64,000 bases of DNA from an uncultured Gammaproteobacteria bacterium (GTDB lineage: Bacteria; Patescibacteriota; Microgenomatia; CAYQLK01). Made by a program: the position numbers and the translations under genes. This document shows, piece after piece, positions 1 to 10,563 of the stretch. The stretch covers positions 530,736-594,735 of the forward strand of contig CAYOLO010000001.1 of NCBI GenBank assembly GCA_964404855.1. The letters run 5' to 3'. The notes beneath the pieces are model-generated. The model made no database searches, had not been told where the DNA came from, and saw only the letters and a program-made list of their open reading frames with translations. Position 1 is the stretch's first letter. Every line of letters starts with the position of its first letter.

Positions 1-780
1 TTTAAACCCGAATCTGTAATTCATTTTGCTTCATATAAATCTGTAGGAGAGGCTGATCGTGAGCCTGATAAATATTTTGATAATAATGTTGGAGGGTTTA
101 AGTGCGTTTTGGAGCTGATGGTTGAGTTTGGAGTTAACCAGTTAATTTTTTCATCTACTGCAGCTGTTTATGGAAATGGTTCTTTGCCGATATCTGAGGA
201 TTCTCCAAAAAATCCAATGAATGCCTATGGACAATCAAAGCTTCAGATGGAAGATTTGGCAAAAGAGTATGTAAGTAAGGGAATTTCGACAGTAGCATTA
301 AGATATTTTAATGCCGTTGGGGCATATCCTACTGGTGAACTTGGTGAGGACCCGTCGAGATCTACAAACTTGTTACCGCTTGTTATGCAAACACTAGCTG
401 GTAGACGGGAAGAAGTCTTGTTGTTTGGAAATAACTTTAATACAGAGGATTGTTCCCAAGAAAGGGATTATATAGATGTTTACGATTTGGCCATGGGGCA
501 CTTAATGGCATTAGAAAAAGATATAAAGGGATTTACTGCCATTAATTTGTCTACTGGCAAAGCAACTAGTTGTTTAGAAATATTTAAACTATCCGAAGAA
601 GTTTCTAAGAAAAAGCTTAATTATCGCGTAGTAGATTCTCGTGCGGGTGATCCTGAGGTATTATATGCCACTAATAAAAAAGCTGAGATGTTGCTTGGCT
701 GGGTCCCAAAAAAATCAGTAAGAGATTCAGTTGTAGATCAGTGGAATTGGACTGAAAAAAATCCTGATGGGTACAAGTAA
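1..780 (+). CDS. galE: UDP-glucose 4-epimerase, 5'-truncated by the window edge
   Basis: Frame is open from base 1 (FKPESVIHFASYKSVGE). Has FSSTAAVYG, catalytic YGQSK, LRYFNAVGA, RDYIDV and RAGDP motifs. Confidence 0.9.
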   Translation, partial: FKPESVIHFASYKSVGEADREPDKYFDNNVGGFKCVLELMVEFGVNQLIFSSTAAVYGNGSLPISEDSPKNPMNAYGQSKLQMEDLAKEYVSKGISTVALRYFNAVGAYPTGELGEDPSRSTNLLPLVMQTLAGRREEVLLFGNNFNTEDCSQERDYIDVYDLAMGHLMALEKDIKGFTAINLSTGKATSCLEIFKLSEEVSKKKLNYRVVDSRAGDPEVLYATNKKAEMLLGWVPKKSVRDSVVDQWNWTEKNPDGYK

Positions 781-1203
781 TTAATCAAGATTTATATTTT
801 TTGGTTTGGGTTTGAAAATATAATAATTGTAAACAAGATAAGTGTAAGGAACAATAACCCCTGTAACTATTAAGTTTATAAAAAAGATATCCAAATTTGT
901 GGTAAGTAGAATGGTTGTCACTGTTTTGACAACAAACAAATTGAAAGATAGTAATAGTAAATATTTTAATAATTGAACTTTTGACATTTTTGTTTGAAAA
1001 GTAATGAAGTTTGTTGCAATGTAGTTAAATACTACACTTAACAGCCAAGCAATGATTACAGAATTGAGATCAGGAAGTTCGTAAAGTTTAACTAGAATAA
1101 AAAGAAATATATTATTCACCCCCACACTGGCAAAACCGATTAAAATATATTTTAAAAACTTAGATTTGTGCAGGTGGAATAATTTAATCGCTTTTTTTTG
1201 CAT
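781..1203 (-). CDS. GtrA-family small membrane protein (lipid-linked sugar translocase)
   Basis: About 140 aa with 4 hydrophobic helices (FLKYILIG...VFNYIAT..ITF). Start reassigned to ATG 1203 because the longer ORF is antisense to the neighbouring GT2. Confidence 0.75.
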   Translation of the reverse strand: MQKKAIKLFHLHKSKFLKYILIGFASVGVNNIFLFILVKLYELPDLNSVIIAWLLSVVFNYIATNFITFQTKMSKVQLLKYLLLLSFNLFVVKTVTTILLTTNLDIFFINLIVTGVIVPYTYLVYNYYIFKPKPKNINLD

Positions 1204-1237
1204 CGGGTTTGAGTATACAATATCAAGATAAAATTTT

Positions 1238-1933
1238 ATGGTTGTAAAAAAGGTTTTTATTATCGTTCCTGTGTATAACGAGGAGAAATATGTTGGCAGG
1301 TTTATTAAAGATTTGTTTAAGGAAATAACCACTATAAAAAAAATATCGCAAGTGGTTTTTATTAACGATGGATCAAAAGATCGTACTCGGGATATTATCC
1401 TGAGTGAAAAAGTAAAATATTCAAAAATAAGACTTATTGACTTGCCTAAAAATTCTGGTAAGGGTGTAGCAATGAAGCAAGGGCTTAAATATTCAAAGAA
1501 AAACAACGCTGGAGCGATTATTTTTATGGATGGAGATAGACAACATAGTCCAAAGCACATTAAGGATTTTTTGCAAGCAATAGAGGCTTCTCCTATTGTG
1601 TTTGGATATCGAATGCTTTTATCAGATGCTCCTAAAATAAGAAAAGCAGGTAATGTTTTGGCAGGTCTAATTATTAGGTATTTATTTAATATTAAAAGAA
1701 GAGATATTTTATGTGGATTTATCGCAATTAGGGCTGATGTGTTTGATAAGATAAATTGGACTTCTAAAGGTTATGGCGTAGAAGCAGAAATGTCGGCAGT
1801 AGTAGGGAGAAAGAAAATCGATTTTTCTGAATTATTAGTGTCAACAATCTATTTTGATGTTAAAAAAGGTGTAACAATGAAGCACGCTTTAAAAATATTT
1901 TTACACCTTCCCCTTTGGTATTTAAAAAGCTAG
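1238..1933 (+). CDS. GT2 glycosyltransferase, polyprenol-phosphate glycosyltransferase (DPM1/GtrB-like)
   Basis: IIVPVYNEE, INDGSKDRT, NSGKGVA, MDGDRQH, DILCGF. Divergent from the GtrA gene. Confidence 0.85.
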   Translation: MVVKKVFIIVPVYNEEKYVGRFIKDLFKEITTIKKISQVVFINDGSKDRTRDIILSEKVKYSKIRLIDLPKNSGKGVAMKQGLKYSKKNNAGAIIFMDGDRQHSPKHIKDFLQAIEASPIVFGYRMLLSDAPKIRKAGNVLAGLIIRYLFNIKRRDILCGFIAIRADVFDKINWTSKGYGVEAEMSAVVGRKKIDFSELLVSTIYFDVKKGVTMKHALKIFLHLPLWYLKS

Positions 1934-3609
1934 ATTTTTATTTTTCCTGTAACAATAATAATTTTTTGGTGTGTAAATCCCATCATTGAATCTGTGTATT
2001 CTATGTTTTCAATTGTGTTTTGATATTTATTTAGAGTATTGAAGCAGGTGTTTAATATTTTACCTACTTGGTCATCAGGTAATAGTATTGCAAAGGTGTA
2101 CCTTTCTTTGTTAACTGATTTATTTAATCTTTCTCGTACTTTTGATCTGTATTTTTCGTTATTAGCCATAAACTTATATATATTGTTTGATGACTCTTCG
2201 ATATTGATTAATGGTTTGTTTTTTAGGTTAGATAAAATATAAAATCCACTATTTGGTAAGAAACAATTTAGTGTGATATCGATTTGCGTACTATCGATCG
2301 GAAGTTTAATTTGTTTTTCGAATAAATATGGAATTTGTGTTTTGTGTAAAGCAAAATTTCTTTTAAGTGGGGGTCTGAATGCCCAATCGTAGCCAAAGTT
2401 AAATTTAACAATTCGAAGGTTTTGAATCATTAGTATCGAAATTATGCAGAAGAAAGCAAAAAGATAAATCTTTTGTTTTGTGTATTTTAGATCTAAAAAT
2501 TTAAATATTAGTATTCCACCCAAAACTTCTGAATATGTTGCGTATCTACTGTAGCCAAAAACGATAGACCAAAGCAGCATTGAGGAAAAGAAAAGAAAAA
2601 ATAATATTTTTTCTGATTCCCTTAATTTATTTTTTATAGCAAACAACAAACTAATTATTCCAAGTATCCAGTAGAACTGAAGTTTGAAATCATAAAAAAT
2701 AATATGCATCTCACCCAATCTATTGTTCTGAAATATCGATAAGATTGGCCAAACTATTTTGTCTAATAGTGTTTTTCCTCCCCACCGGACATCAGCGAAA
2801 TTTTCGTATTCTAAATATGGAGATTTAAATAAACCACTGTAGAGCGGGAAAAATGGATTTCCTTGGCTTAGTAAATAGTTTTGAAGTGAATGTAATCCTA
2901 AAAGAGACGAAATTAGTATGCCTGTTGAAACAAAGACTAATATTTTTTTTAATATTTTTAAATTGGTAAATTTTGAAGAATAAAAAATTAAATAAAAATT
3001 AACAGCAATTATCGGTAAAATAATAATTGAATTAGTTATTTTTCCATAAAAAACAAACATAAATATTAAGTTGTAAATTACAAAATATTTATAACTAGTT
3101 CCTTTTTGGGAAACAAATTTTAAAAGATAATAAGTTCCTATTAATGGAAGAAGTGTATTGAGAATATCTATTTTGTAAGTTCCGATTTCCAACAGTATTT
3201 GATTACTCACTGTAAGGTTAATTAATAACCCTACAGATAATATTTTGTGTTTTTTAAAAATGTTCGGATAAATTAAATTAACTATTTTGTAAGATACAAA
3301 AGTAATAAAGAAAAAAGCGAATAAATTTGGTAATGTCCCAAGTCTGTACCCAAATATAAAAATGAATGGATAAAGTAGTACATCATAAAATGCTGATAAA
3401 TTGCCTAATGCTAGAGGAAAAAACTCGTTTGGTGAGAATTGCCAGAACCAGTTGTGAAACGCCCTTTGCGCATTAAATAAATGATAAACAAGTGCGTCGT
3501 ATGAACGGTCTGGGATTAAAAACCTGTTTAAAAATAATATAGTGGGTATAAAAAAAGCTACTAAGAATCCCGTAATTATTAAAAAATTGTTCTTTATTTT
3601 ATTAATCAT
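1930..3609 (-). CDS. Multi-pass membrane protein, probable GT-C glycosyltransferase
   Basis: About 12 hydrophobic segments; YDALVYHL loop, GNPFFP and YSRY motifs; next to GtrA/GtrB-like genes. Confidence 0.6.
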   Translation of the reverse strand: MINKIKNNFLIITGFLVAFFIPTILFLNRFLIPDRSYDALVYHLFNAQRAFHNWFWQFSPNEFFPLALGNLSAFYDVLLYPFIFIFGYRLGTLPNLFAFFFITFVSYKIVNLIYPNIFKKHKILSVGLLINLTVSNQILLEIGTYKIDILNTLLPLIGTYYLLKFVSQKGTSYKYFVIYNLIFMFVFYGKITNSIIILPIIAVNFYLIFYSSKFTNLKILKKILVFVSTGILISSLLGLHSLQNYLLSQGNPFFPLYSGLFKSPYLEYENFADVRWGGKTLLDKIVWPILSIFQNNRLGEMHIIFYDFKLQFYWILGIISLLFAIKNKLRESEKILFFLFFSSMLLWSIVFGYSRYATYSEVLGGILIFKFLDLKYTKQKIYLFAFFCIISILMIQNLRIVKFNFGYDWAFRPPLKRNFALHKTQIPYLFEKQIKLPIDSTQIDITLNCFLPNSGFYILSNLKNKPLINIEESSNNIYKFMANNEKYRSKVRERLNKSVNKERYTFAILLPDDQVGKILNTCFNTLNKYQNTIENIEYTDSMMGFTHQKIIIVTGKIKI

Positions 3610-5149
3610 TAATTATTTTGAATAGATTTTTTTTGAAAGCTTTATCGGAGTATGTATTATTTAGAATAGATTTTGTTTTTTCATCAAGTGTAAAATTTGT
3701 TTCGTTATTAATTATTTCTATAGTATTTATGGTTAGTTCATTGATTGAACTAAATAAAGATTTATTGCCAAGTTTTAATGTATTGATTATATCTGGAAGT
3801 CCTCCACCGTTATATAGTACAGGTTTGCATCCAGCTGATATTGCTTCAATTGGGGCAATACCAAAATGCTCAAACTTCATTGGATTTCTTAATTCGTTTT
3901 CTCCAAATCCTGTGGCATGCCAATATATTTTTGACTTTTGAAGAAGTAACACTAAAAATTTCCTACTAACATTAAAATGAAAAAAAATTGGGTAACCATT
4001 TGATATTTCCTTCAGGTGATTCGCAAAGCTTTGACTAGTTGGTTCTTTGCCTAACCCACCTACTAAATGTAATTCCCAATTAGTTTTTTTCTTATCGTGC
4101 ATTTTTTTAAATGCTTCGATTAATATTTCTTGTTTTTTACCATGGCCAAGAGTAAAAAATCTTCCAATACTAATAATGTAGTTCTTTTTTTGGATGTTTT
4201 TACTGTATAGCATATCAACTGGTGGATATAGAATAACCGAATCGTGTCCCCAATAATTTTTGATTCCAAGACGGGTAAATTCAGAGATTGCGATTATTTT
4301 GTCATATTTCTCCATTCTTTTTTTAACGTTGACGAATACTCCTGCTCTTATGCGATCGGTAATTTTTTGTGTAATTGGACTAAGTAGTTTTTCAAATCCA
4401 TATACAGGTTTAATTTTGTCGAGAATTAGTTCAACATTGTCATGTGAGTCGTGATTTTGGTTTAAAAATTTTAAATAGATTGTTTCTGATTTAGGTCTAA
4501 CAGAATATCTAAATATTATTTGATTTCTTGAATGAATTATTTTGTATGTATTACTAATAATGTCAGCATTATCAAAAGTTGCTGAAATATTTTCTAAATA
4601 TGTTTTTGTAAACTCTTTAAATAAAACGGAAAATTTTATTGTGTACGTTTTACCCTTGGTTAATCTATAGTAGGCAACTTTGGATTCTTTGTTTACTGTG
4701 TATAAAAGATGGCCGTGATAATATCGGACAAAATCTGGTTGAATTATAAATTCAATCGGTTTGGAAACTTTAGTAAAAATCGGTGTAATAAGCGAGTTAA
4801 TTACGTATCCCTTAATGTTTTCATGGGCTTTGGTTGGAAAGTAGGTAATGTAAATATTTTTTTTAGCATAGCCCAATGAATAATCCATGAATGAGGCATT
4901 AATAAATAAATCCTTGCCTTTTGTAATATCTTTTAGGCGAAGCTCATCATTCCAAAGTTCAACAAATTCAGCCTTTTCAAGATCAATATTTAATTTCTCA
5001 ATAATTGTTTTTTTCGAAACAAGCTTCCCACAAACAAAAGTAACTTTATAGTTTTCTTCAATCAAACATCTGGCAACTTTACATGCCATAAACTCTCCCC
5101 CGCCCAAAGTATCTAACCATTTATCATAGACAACTGCAGTTTTTATCAT
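3602..5149 (-). CDS. GT4 (GT-B) glycosyltransferase
   Basis: GGGE N-terminal motif, VILYPPVD, ISIGRFF..KKQ, EHFGIAPIEA (EX7E). Confidence 0.85.
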   Translation of the reverse strand: MIKTAVVYDKWLDTLGGGEFMACKVARCLIEENYKVTFVCGKLVSKKTIIEKLNIDLEKAEFVELWNDELRLKDITKGKDLFINASFMDYSLGYAKKNIYITYFPTKAHENIKGYVINSLITPIFTKVSKPIEFIIQPDFVRYYHGHLLYTVNKESKVAYYRLTKGKTYTIKFSVLFKEFTKTYLENISATFDNADIISNTYKIIHSRNQIIFRYSVRPKSETIYLKFLNQNHDSHDNVELILDKIKPVYGFEKLLSPITQKITDRIRAGVFVNVKKRMEKYDKIIAISEFTRLGIKNYWGHDSVILYPPVDMLYSKNIQKKNYIISIGRFFTLGHGKKQEILIEAFKKMHDKKKTNWELHLVGGLGKEPTSQSFANHLKEISNGYPIFFHFNVSRKFLVLLLQKSKIYWHATGFGENELRNPMKFEHFGIAPIEAISAGCKPVLYNGGGLPDIINTLKLGNKSLFSSINELTINTIEIINNETNFTLDEKTKSILNNTYSDKAFKKNLFKIIND

Positions 5150-5151
5150 AG

Positions 5152-6396
5152 TTAATTAAAGTACCAATAACCTTCAAATATTTTTCTAAAGTTCTTATTT
5201 ATCGCATTAGTTGGTAAATTTTTGTTTCTATTAATTCTTCTTAATGAAAGTTTTGGAATGTTTAAAAAGAAATATTTAATTACTTTTATATATTGAAGAT
5301 TTTTTGATCTATTGTCGTAATTTTTGCTGGTTAATAAAAATCTCAAGAATGATGTATAGGAAAAGCAAATATATTCTTTAATAAATACTCTAATTGGAAA
5401 ATTAAAAAAGGTATGTAAAAGTCTACCTTTTTCTGAGTGAAAAATGAATAATGGCGACCATTCTTTGGCTGACAAAGAATGATAATGATATGCAATAGCG
5501 TTTGGGCAAAAAATAATTGAATAATTTAACAGTCTTGCCCTTTCTGATATATCGACATCCTCATAATAGAGAAAAAAATTTTTGTCAAAACCACCTAATG
5601 CCCTAAGTATTTCTTTTCGATAGAGGACCGCGCCTCCACAGGCGGCATAGACTTCTTTAGTTTTGTTATATTGATTCCTATCTATTTCGTAATCTTGAAG
5701 ACTATCTTTAATTAGTGACCCATTGTCTCTTCCGTACCCATTTTGAAATACTGTTATGCCAGCGTTTTGTATTTTGTGATAGAAATCTTTTTTTATAGAA
5801 ACGTTTATTTTTTTTGTATTTATTCCATTTGAAATTTCAATTATATGATCGTTAAATTTATCGAAAGGTATTTCCCTAAAATAATTATTATCTTCGTGAA
5901 TAGTTTTTATAGGTATCTCTGTTTTATTAATAGTCTTAAGAAGGTGACTTTTTGTTAATGATAGATTTACATTATTAGACTTGAGATTGTATTTGTAGAT
6001 TGCTGGGTATAATAAAATTTTCGAATTGACAGCAAACGATTTAGGATTATCTTTAGCAGTTTTTACGAGTTCTTTTAACCAGTTTTTGTCAACAATACAG
6101 TCATTGTTTAATAATGCGACGAATTGACCTTTTGCTACATTTATACCGCAATTGTTTCCTTCCCCAAAACCTAGATTTTTTTCGTTAAATATTAATACAA
6201 GACTTTCTTGAACATCCCTTTTGTACTTCTTTAATAATTTTTCACTTTTATCTTTTGAGTTGTTGTCAACAACGATTACCTCTAGTTTTTCTTTTTCAAA
6301 GTTTTGATTATAAATTGAGTCGAGACACTTATTAATAAGTTTTTCCCCAAAATAATTTAAAACAATAACTGATACTTCTATATTGAATTTTGACAT
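5152..6396 (-). CDS. GT2 glycosyltransferase (rhamnosyltransferase-like) with internal insertion
   Basis: VSVIVLNY, VVDNNSKD, NLGFGEGNN, LLNND, GGFDKNFFLYYEDVD. Confidence 0.85.
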   Translation of the reverse strand: MSKFNIEVSVIVLNYFGEKLINKCLDSIYNQNFEKEKLEVIVVDNNSKDKSEKLLKKYKRDVQESLVLIFNEKNLGFGEGNNCGINVAKGQFVALLNNDCIVDKNWLKELVKTAKDNPKSFAVNSKILLYPAIYKYNLKSNNVNLSLTKSHLLKTINKTEIPIKTIHEDNNYFREIPFDKFNDHIIEISNGINTKKINVSIKKDFYHKIQNAGITVFQNGYGRDNGSLIKDSLQDYEIDRNQYNKTKEVYAACGGAVLYRKEILRALGGFDKNFFLYYEDVDISERARLLNYSIIFCPNAIAYHYHSLSAKEWSPLFIFHSEKGRLLHTFFNFPIRVFIKEYICFSYTSFLRFLLTSKNYDNRSKNLQYIKVIKYFFLNIPKLSLRRINRNKNLPTNAINKNFRKIFEGYWYFN

Positions 6397-7350
6397 TTAA
6401 TTATGAGTGAGAGACCTTTTTAATTTGTTGTAATTTTGCCAAAGTTTATATACTTTGCCTGATTGGATTTTATCTAAATCCGCCTTAGTTTCCCGATATT
6501 TTTTTTCAAGTTCTAAACTCACAGGATTTGCACTATTTGATGATCTTGACTCAAATATTTTATGAAACTCATTTTCGTTTATCTTGGGAAAATTATTAAT
6601 TTCTAAAACCTTTGCTAATTCAATAAATTTGTAAAATTCCATCAACTTACTAAGTATTAATCCGTGAGTGTTATCTTTATAACCTTCTAAATCTAAATAT
6701 CTTCTAAAAAATTCTGACTCATAGTAGCTGATTATGTCTGTTTTTGGATTTTTAGTATCTACAATTATATTTTTTGTAGTGTTGGTGTATCTAATCAATT
6801 TATTTAAAAATTCGTCAATAGTTAGATAATTATTATGAATAACTGCATATTTTTCTTCAGCTGGGAGCGTGAGTTTTTTACCTTTGTATATTGGTAGGGT
6901 GTGAATCGTATCTTGCCATTTGATACAGTTTTTTTTGAATAATCTTATATGATTATCTGGCCACCAGCCAGTGTGTTTAATGTGTTTATTAAAAATCATA
7001 TTTTTGAATGGCATTTCGACTAGGTCGTATTTGTTTTCTGAAACAATTTCAACAATCTTGTCGCATAAGCTTTTTGGTAATCTTTCATCGGCATCTAATA
7101 CAATCACCCATTCGTTAGAAGCTTTGCTCAATGCAAAATTTCTAGCTGGTTCTACATATCCATAATCTTTAACGTTATAAACTTTTGCTCCGAGAGATTT
7201 AGCAATTTTTTTAGTTTGATCTGCGCTGTTCATGTCGGCGACAATTATTTCGCCAACTATGCTTATAGCAGAATTAATACAATCTTTAATATTTTTTTCT
7301 TCGTTTTTAGTGTTGATAACGAGTGAAATATTATTTGTTTTTGTGTTCAT
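6397..7350 (-). CDS. GT2 glycosyltransferase (WaaE/KdtX-like) with C-terminal coiled-coil tail
   Basis: ISLVINTKNEE, DMNSAD, ARNFAL, LDADER, WWPDNHIRLF. Confidence 0.85.
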   Translation of the reverse strand: MNTKTNNISLVINTKNEEKNIKDCINSAISIVGEIIVADMNSADQTKKIAKSLGAKVYNVKDYGYVEPARNFALSKASNEWVIVLDADERLPKSLCDKIVEIVSENKYDLVEMPFKNMIFNKHIKHTGWWPDNHIRLFKKNCIKWQDTIHTLPIYKGKKLTLPAEEKYAVIHNNYLTIDEFLNKLIRYTNTTKNIIVDTKNPKTDIISYYESEFFRRYLDLEGYKDNTHGLILSKLMEFYKFIELAKVLEINNFPKINENEFHKIFESRSSNSANPVSLELEKKYRETKADLDKIQSGKVYKLWQNYNKLKRSLTHN

Positions 7351-8375
7351 TAAATTCCAATTGAGTTTTTAAGGTGTCGTAGTTTGTTTTTTAACAAATG
7401 ATAGTAACGGTTTGATGCAATAACAAAAAACTGTTTTGGGCCATATGCTCCTAAAAATATTCCTGACAAATATTCCCTAATATTTTCGGTTAATTGAAAA
7501 TATTGGTTGCGAATATTATTTTGAATAATTTTTTTATTTGGTTTGGCAATAAAATATGAAAACATGATTGGTAAATTTTCTAATTCGGTTAGTTTCTTGT
7601 CATAATCAATTATTTTTTTAATTAATTTAAATTTCTCTGGATTTTTTAATTTTGATACCTTTTTATTGTGTGTTAATAGTAGATAGGCTATTGATCCATT
7701 GGTGTCGTTTTGTTCTAATATTTTGAAATATTTTTTTAAATTAGGAATTATTAAATTAGCATGAATACCCTCAGTTGGATCAGTTACCATCATAGTTGGT
7801 AAGTGCGGATAGAATAAGCTATCGTGTTTTATTGATTCTGGTAAAGAGTTATTTATTTTGTTTGCAAGAGCCCATTGTTTTTTGGGATATTGATTTCTGC
7901 CTGGTCCAATATAGTCAAAACTAACAAGTATTCCATTCGGTTTTAATGCCTTAGCAATTTGGAGTGACATTCGATTGATAAATTGAACATGATGAAGGGC
8001 AGCAACATTAACAACTAGATCATATTCGTTTTCGTTAAAATTCGTTTTGTTGGCGTCCATTTGAATGTACGTAATACTCCTCCCCTTTTTTTGTTTTTTG
8101 GCTTGAGCAAGTAAATCTGTTGAATAGTCGAATGCTGTGGCTTTTTTAATAATTTTCTTATCTATAAATTCTCTTTCTACCCAGCCATTGCCGCAATTTA
8201 AGACTAATGCGTGTTCAAATGGTTTTTTGGCAAATCTTTTCTTAAAATCGCTTTGCCAAGTGGTTTTTTCTGATTTGGTAAAGTTCTTGTTCATATACCT
8301 TAAAACCTGAGGTATATCATTCCAGTACATTTGACTGTAATATACTTCGCTGTTTTCGTTAACTACACTTTTCAT
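7350..8375 (-). CDS. Class I SAM-dependent methyltransferase
   Basis: LVLNCGNG (motif I-like), FDYS, YDLVV..AALHHV, LKPNG. Confidence 0.75.
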   Translation of the reverse strand: MKSVVNENSEVYYSQMYWNDIPQVLRYMNKNFTKSEKTTWQSDFKKRFAKKPFEHALVLNCGNGWVEREFIDKKIIKKATAFDYSTDLLAQAKKQKKGRSITYIQMDANKTNFNENEYDLVVNVAALHHVQFINRMSLQIAKALKPNGILVSFDYIGPGRNQYPKKQWALANKINNSLPESIKHDSLFYPHLPTMMVTDPTEGIHANLIIPNLKKYFKILEQNDTNGSIAYLLLTHNKKVSKLKNPEKFKLIKKIIDYDKKLTELENLPIMFSYFIAKPNKKIIQNNIRNQYFQLTENIREYLSGIFLGAYGPKQFFVIASNRYYHLLKNKLRHLKNSIGI

Positions 8376-9106
8376 AATGATTGTTTATATTTTTCGATTG
8401 CCTTATCGATGTTTCCAAAAAATAGCTGATTTCCGCTAGATAGAGTGAGTCCGACGTCACAGTAGTTCTTAATTTGTTCGATTGAATGACTAACCATGAT
8501 TAATGTAGATCCTGACTTTTTAAATTCGTTTATTTTCTGTAAACATTTTTTTTGAAAATCTATATCCCCTACAGACAATATTTCATCGACAAGTAATATG
8601 TCTGGTGTTTCTGAAACGGCAACCGAGAAGGCTAATCTCATATACATACCGGATGAATAATGTTTGACGGGTTGATCGATAAATTCCCAAAGTCCAGCAA
8701 AATCTACGATATTCTTAAAGAGCTTGTCCATGTCTTTTTTTCTTTTGCCAAGTATCGATCCGTTTAGATAAACATTTTCTCTGCCTGTAAGCTCTGGGTG
8801 AAAACCTGCTCCAAGTTCTATAAGTGGAGCAACTGTTCCATTAATTGTTATTCTGCCATCAGAAGGTTTTGTAACACCTGCTATTAGTTTAAGGAGTGTA
8901 GATTTGCCTGAGCCGTTACTGCCAATCAAACCAAGGCTTTGGCCTTGTTCTAGTTTAAAATTTATTCCGCTTAACGCTTCAAATCTGTTAAATAATTTAT
9001 CTTTTAAAAATAATGCTGGTAAAAATTCCTTAAACGTTTTATGGCGTTGAAGTGAATATGACTTGTGCAGGTTTTCTGCGATTACTGCGTAATTTTTGTT
9101 AGACAT
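8372..9106 (-). CDS. wzt: Polysaccharide ABC exporter ATPase (Wzt/TagH type, no C-terminal binding domain)
   Basis: GSNGSGKST Walker A, GAGFHPELTGREN, YSSGMYMRLAF signature, LLVDE Walker B. Start could be 9106 or 9115. Confidence 0.9.
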   Translation of the reverse strand: MSNKNYAVIAENLHKSYSLQRHKTFKEFLPALFLKDKLFNRFEALSGINFKLEQGQSLGLIGSNGSGKSTLLKLIAGVTKPSDGRITINGTVAPLIELGAGFHPELTGRENVYLNGSILGKRKKDMDKLFKNIVDFAGLWEFIDQPVKHYSSGMYMRLAFSVAVSETPDILLVDEILSVGDIDFQKKCLQKINEFKKSGSTLIMVSHSIEQIKNYCDVGLTLSSGNQLFFGNIDKAIEKYKQSL

Positions 9107-9905
9107 AATCTGCAAAACTTCTTTCTAATTTTTTAAATAGTAAAAACGAAGCGGTGAAAATCACAATTGATATTATTAATCCTGTTAGTAAGCTTGTAAT
9201 GTTTGGATGGCCTCCCCCAATAATCACTTCACGATAAGCATTAATTATTACCGCCATTGGGTTAAGTGACATTATAAATTGAAACTTTTCTGGAATTGCT
9301 TCGATTGGATAAGCAATTGGAGTTAAATAAAACCATATCAAAAGAAAAAGAGTGAGCAAATATTGAATATCTCTGTAGAAGAGATTAAACGCTGATACAA
9401 ATAAAGAAATACCTAAAGTAAAAATAATTTGAATTGCAAATATTATTGGTACCCAAAGAATTGACCAATAAATTGGTACTCTAAAAATCGCAATTAGGAT
9501 TGCAAGAATTACGAGTGAAAAAGAAAAATCTATTATTTTTGCAATTATAGTTGAGTAAACTAATATTTCTCTCGGAAAATATATTTTAGTAATTAAACTA
9601 CTATTTTGTACTAGAACTCCCGAAGAGCTTGTTAGTGATAATTGAAACAAATTCCATGGCAATAACGCCACAGATAGGAAAACAATATACGGAACTCCAA
9701 GTGAGGGAACTTTTAAGATTGTTGAAAAGACAAAACTTAGAACTACTAATTGAGCTAATGGGTTGATTATGACCCAAGCGTAACCAAGTATTGACTGTTT
9801 GTATCTTGCACTTATCTCCCTTTTTGCTAAATTGATAAGCAGCTCTCTGTAAAACCAAAAAAGTTTAAGGTTTTTTAATAATTTAAAAAATTTTTCTTTT
9901 GACAT
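9099..9905 (-). CDS. wzm: Polysaccharide ABC-2 exporter permease (Wzm/TagG)
   Basis: REISARYKQSILGYAW, LITKIYFPRE, YRDIQY, FYLTPIAYP, LNPMA; adjacent to wzt. Confidence 0.9.
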   Translation of the reverse strand: MSKEKFFKLLKNLKLFWFYRELLINLAKREISARYKQSILGYAWVIINPLAQLVVLSFVFSTILKVPSLGVPYIVFLSVALLPWNLFQLSLTSSSGVLVQNSSLITKIYFPREILVYSTIIAKIIDFSFSLVILAILIAIFRVPIYWSILWVPIIFAIQIIFTLGISLFVSAFNLFYRDIQYLLTLFLLIWFYLTPIAYPIEAIPEKFQFIMSLNPMAVIINAYREVIIGGGHPNITSLLTGLIISIVIFTASFLLFKKLERSFADYV

Positions 9906-10008
9906 TATTTTTATAAGTTTAAGTTTACCTTATTTTAAGATTGAAGTTTAGATTATTGTGACTTGATATGGTTGGACAAATAAGATCTCTGCGATATACT
10001 TATTTTAT

Positions 10009-10563
10009 ATGAAAACTAAAGATTCACCAATTAAAGTACATGATAGTTTGGGTTCGGAAGTATATATTCAAGATTATTCTCCAAGGAAAATGATAGATGG
10101 GGTTACGATTAATAATCTTAAAAACTTTGTTGGAGAAGAGGGAGATTTTAGTGAAGTTATCCGATTGGATACTAATGGAGAGCTTGAGGCTTATCCAGGT
10201 TTTAAATTGCGTCAGGTAAATCGTACTCGAATGTTTCCTTCGACAATTAAAGCGTGGCATCTGCATCTTAAGCAATGTGAAATTTGGTATATTCCACCCT
10301 CATCAAGAATGTTAGTTGCACTTTGGGATACTAGAGAAGATTCTCCAACTTTTAACGAGACAATGCGAATGGCCGCAGGTGGTGGTAACTCTTTGATGGT
10401 TTATATTCCAAATGGGGTTGCTCATGGAGCATGGAATTACTCCAACGAGCCTGTAGATTTTTTCTATTTTGTAGATTCTCAGTTCGATATTAAAGATCCT
10501 GATGAAAGTCGAATCCGTTGGGACTATTTGGGAGCTGACTTTTGGGATTTTGCGAAAGATTGA
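10009..10563 (+). CDS. RmlC-like cupin (dTDP-4-dehydrorhamnose 3,5-epimerase family)
   Basis: IKAWHLH, DTREDSPT, VYIPNGVAHG, RIRWD motifs. Confidence 0.8.
   Translation: MKTKDSPIKVHDSLGSEVYIQDYSPRKMIDGVTINNLKNFVGEEGDFSEVIRLDTNGELEAYPGFKLRQVNRTRMFPSTIKAWHLHLKQCEIWYIPPSSRMLVALWDTREDSPTFNETMRMAAGGGNSLMVYIPNGVAHGAWNYSNEPVDFFYFVDSQFDIKDPDESRIRWDYLGADFWDFAKD

Noticed and set aside
1204-1560. N-terminal extension of the 259-aa ORF 781..1560
   Set aside because: It is the antisense shadow of the GT2 at 1238-1933; the GtrA-like sequence begins at ATG 1203.
10561-10563. Possible TGA recoding (code 25 or 4), given the suspected CPR origin and the Trp theme
   Set aside because: TGA ends full-length genes here and at 35992-35994, conserved genes have no internal TGA, and the tRNA-Trp anticodon is CCA.
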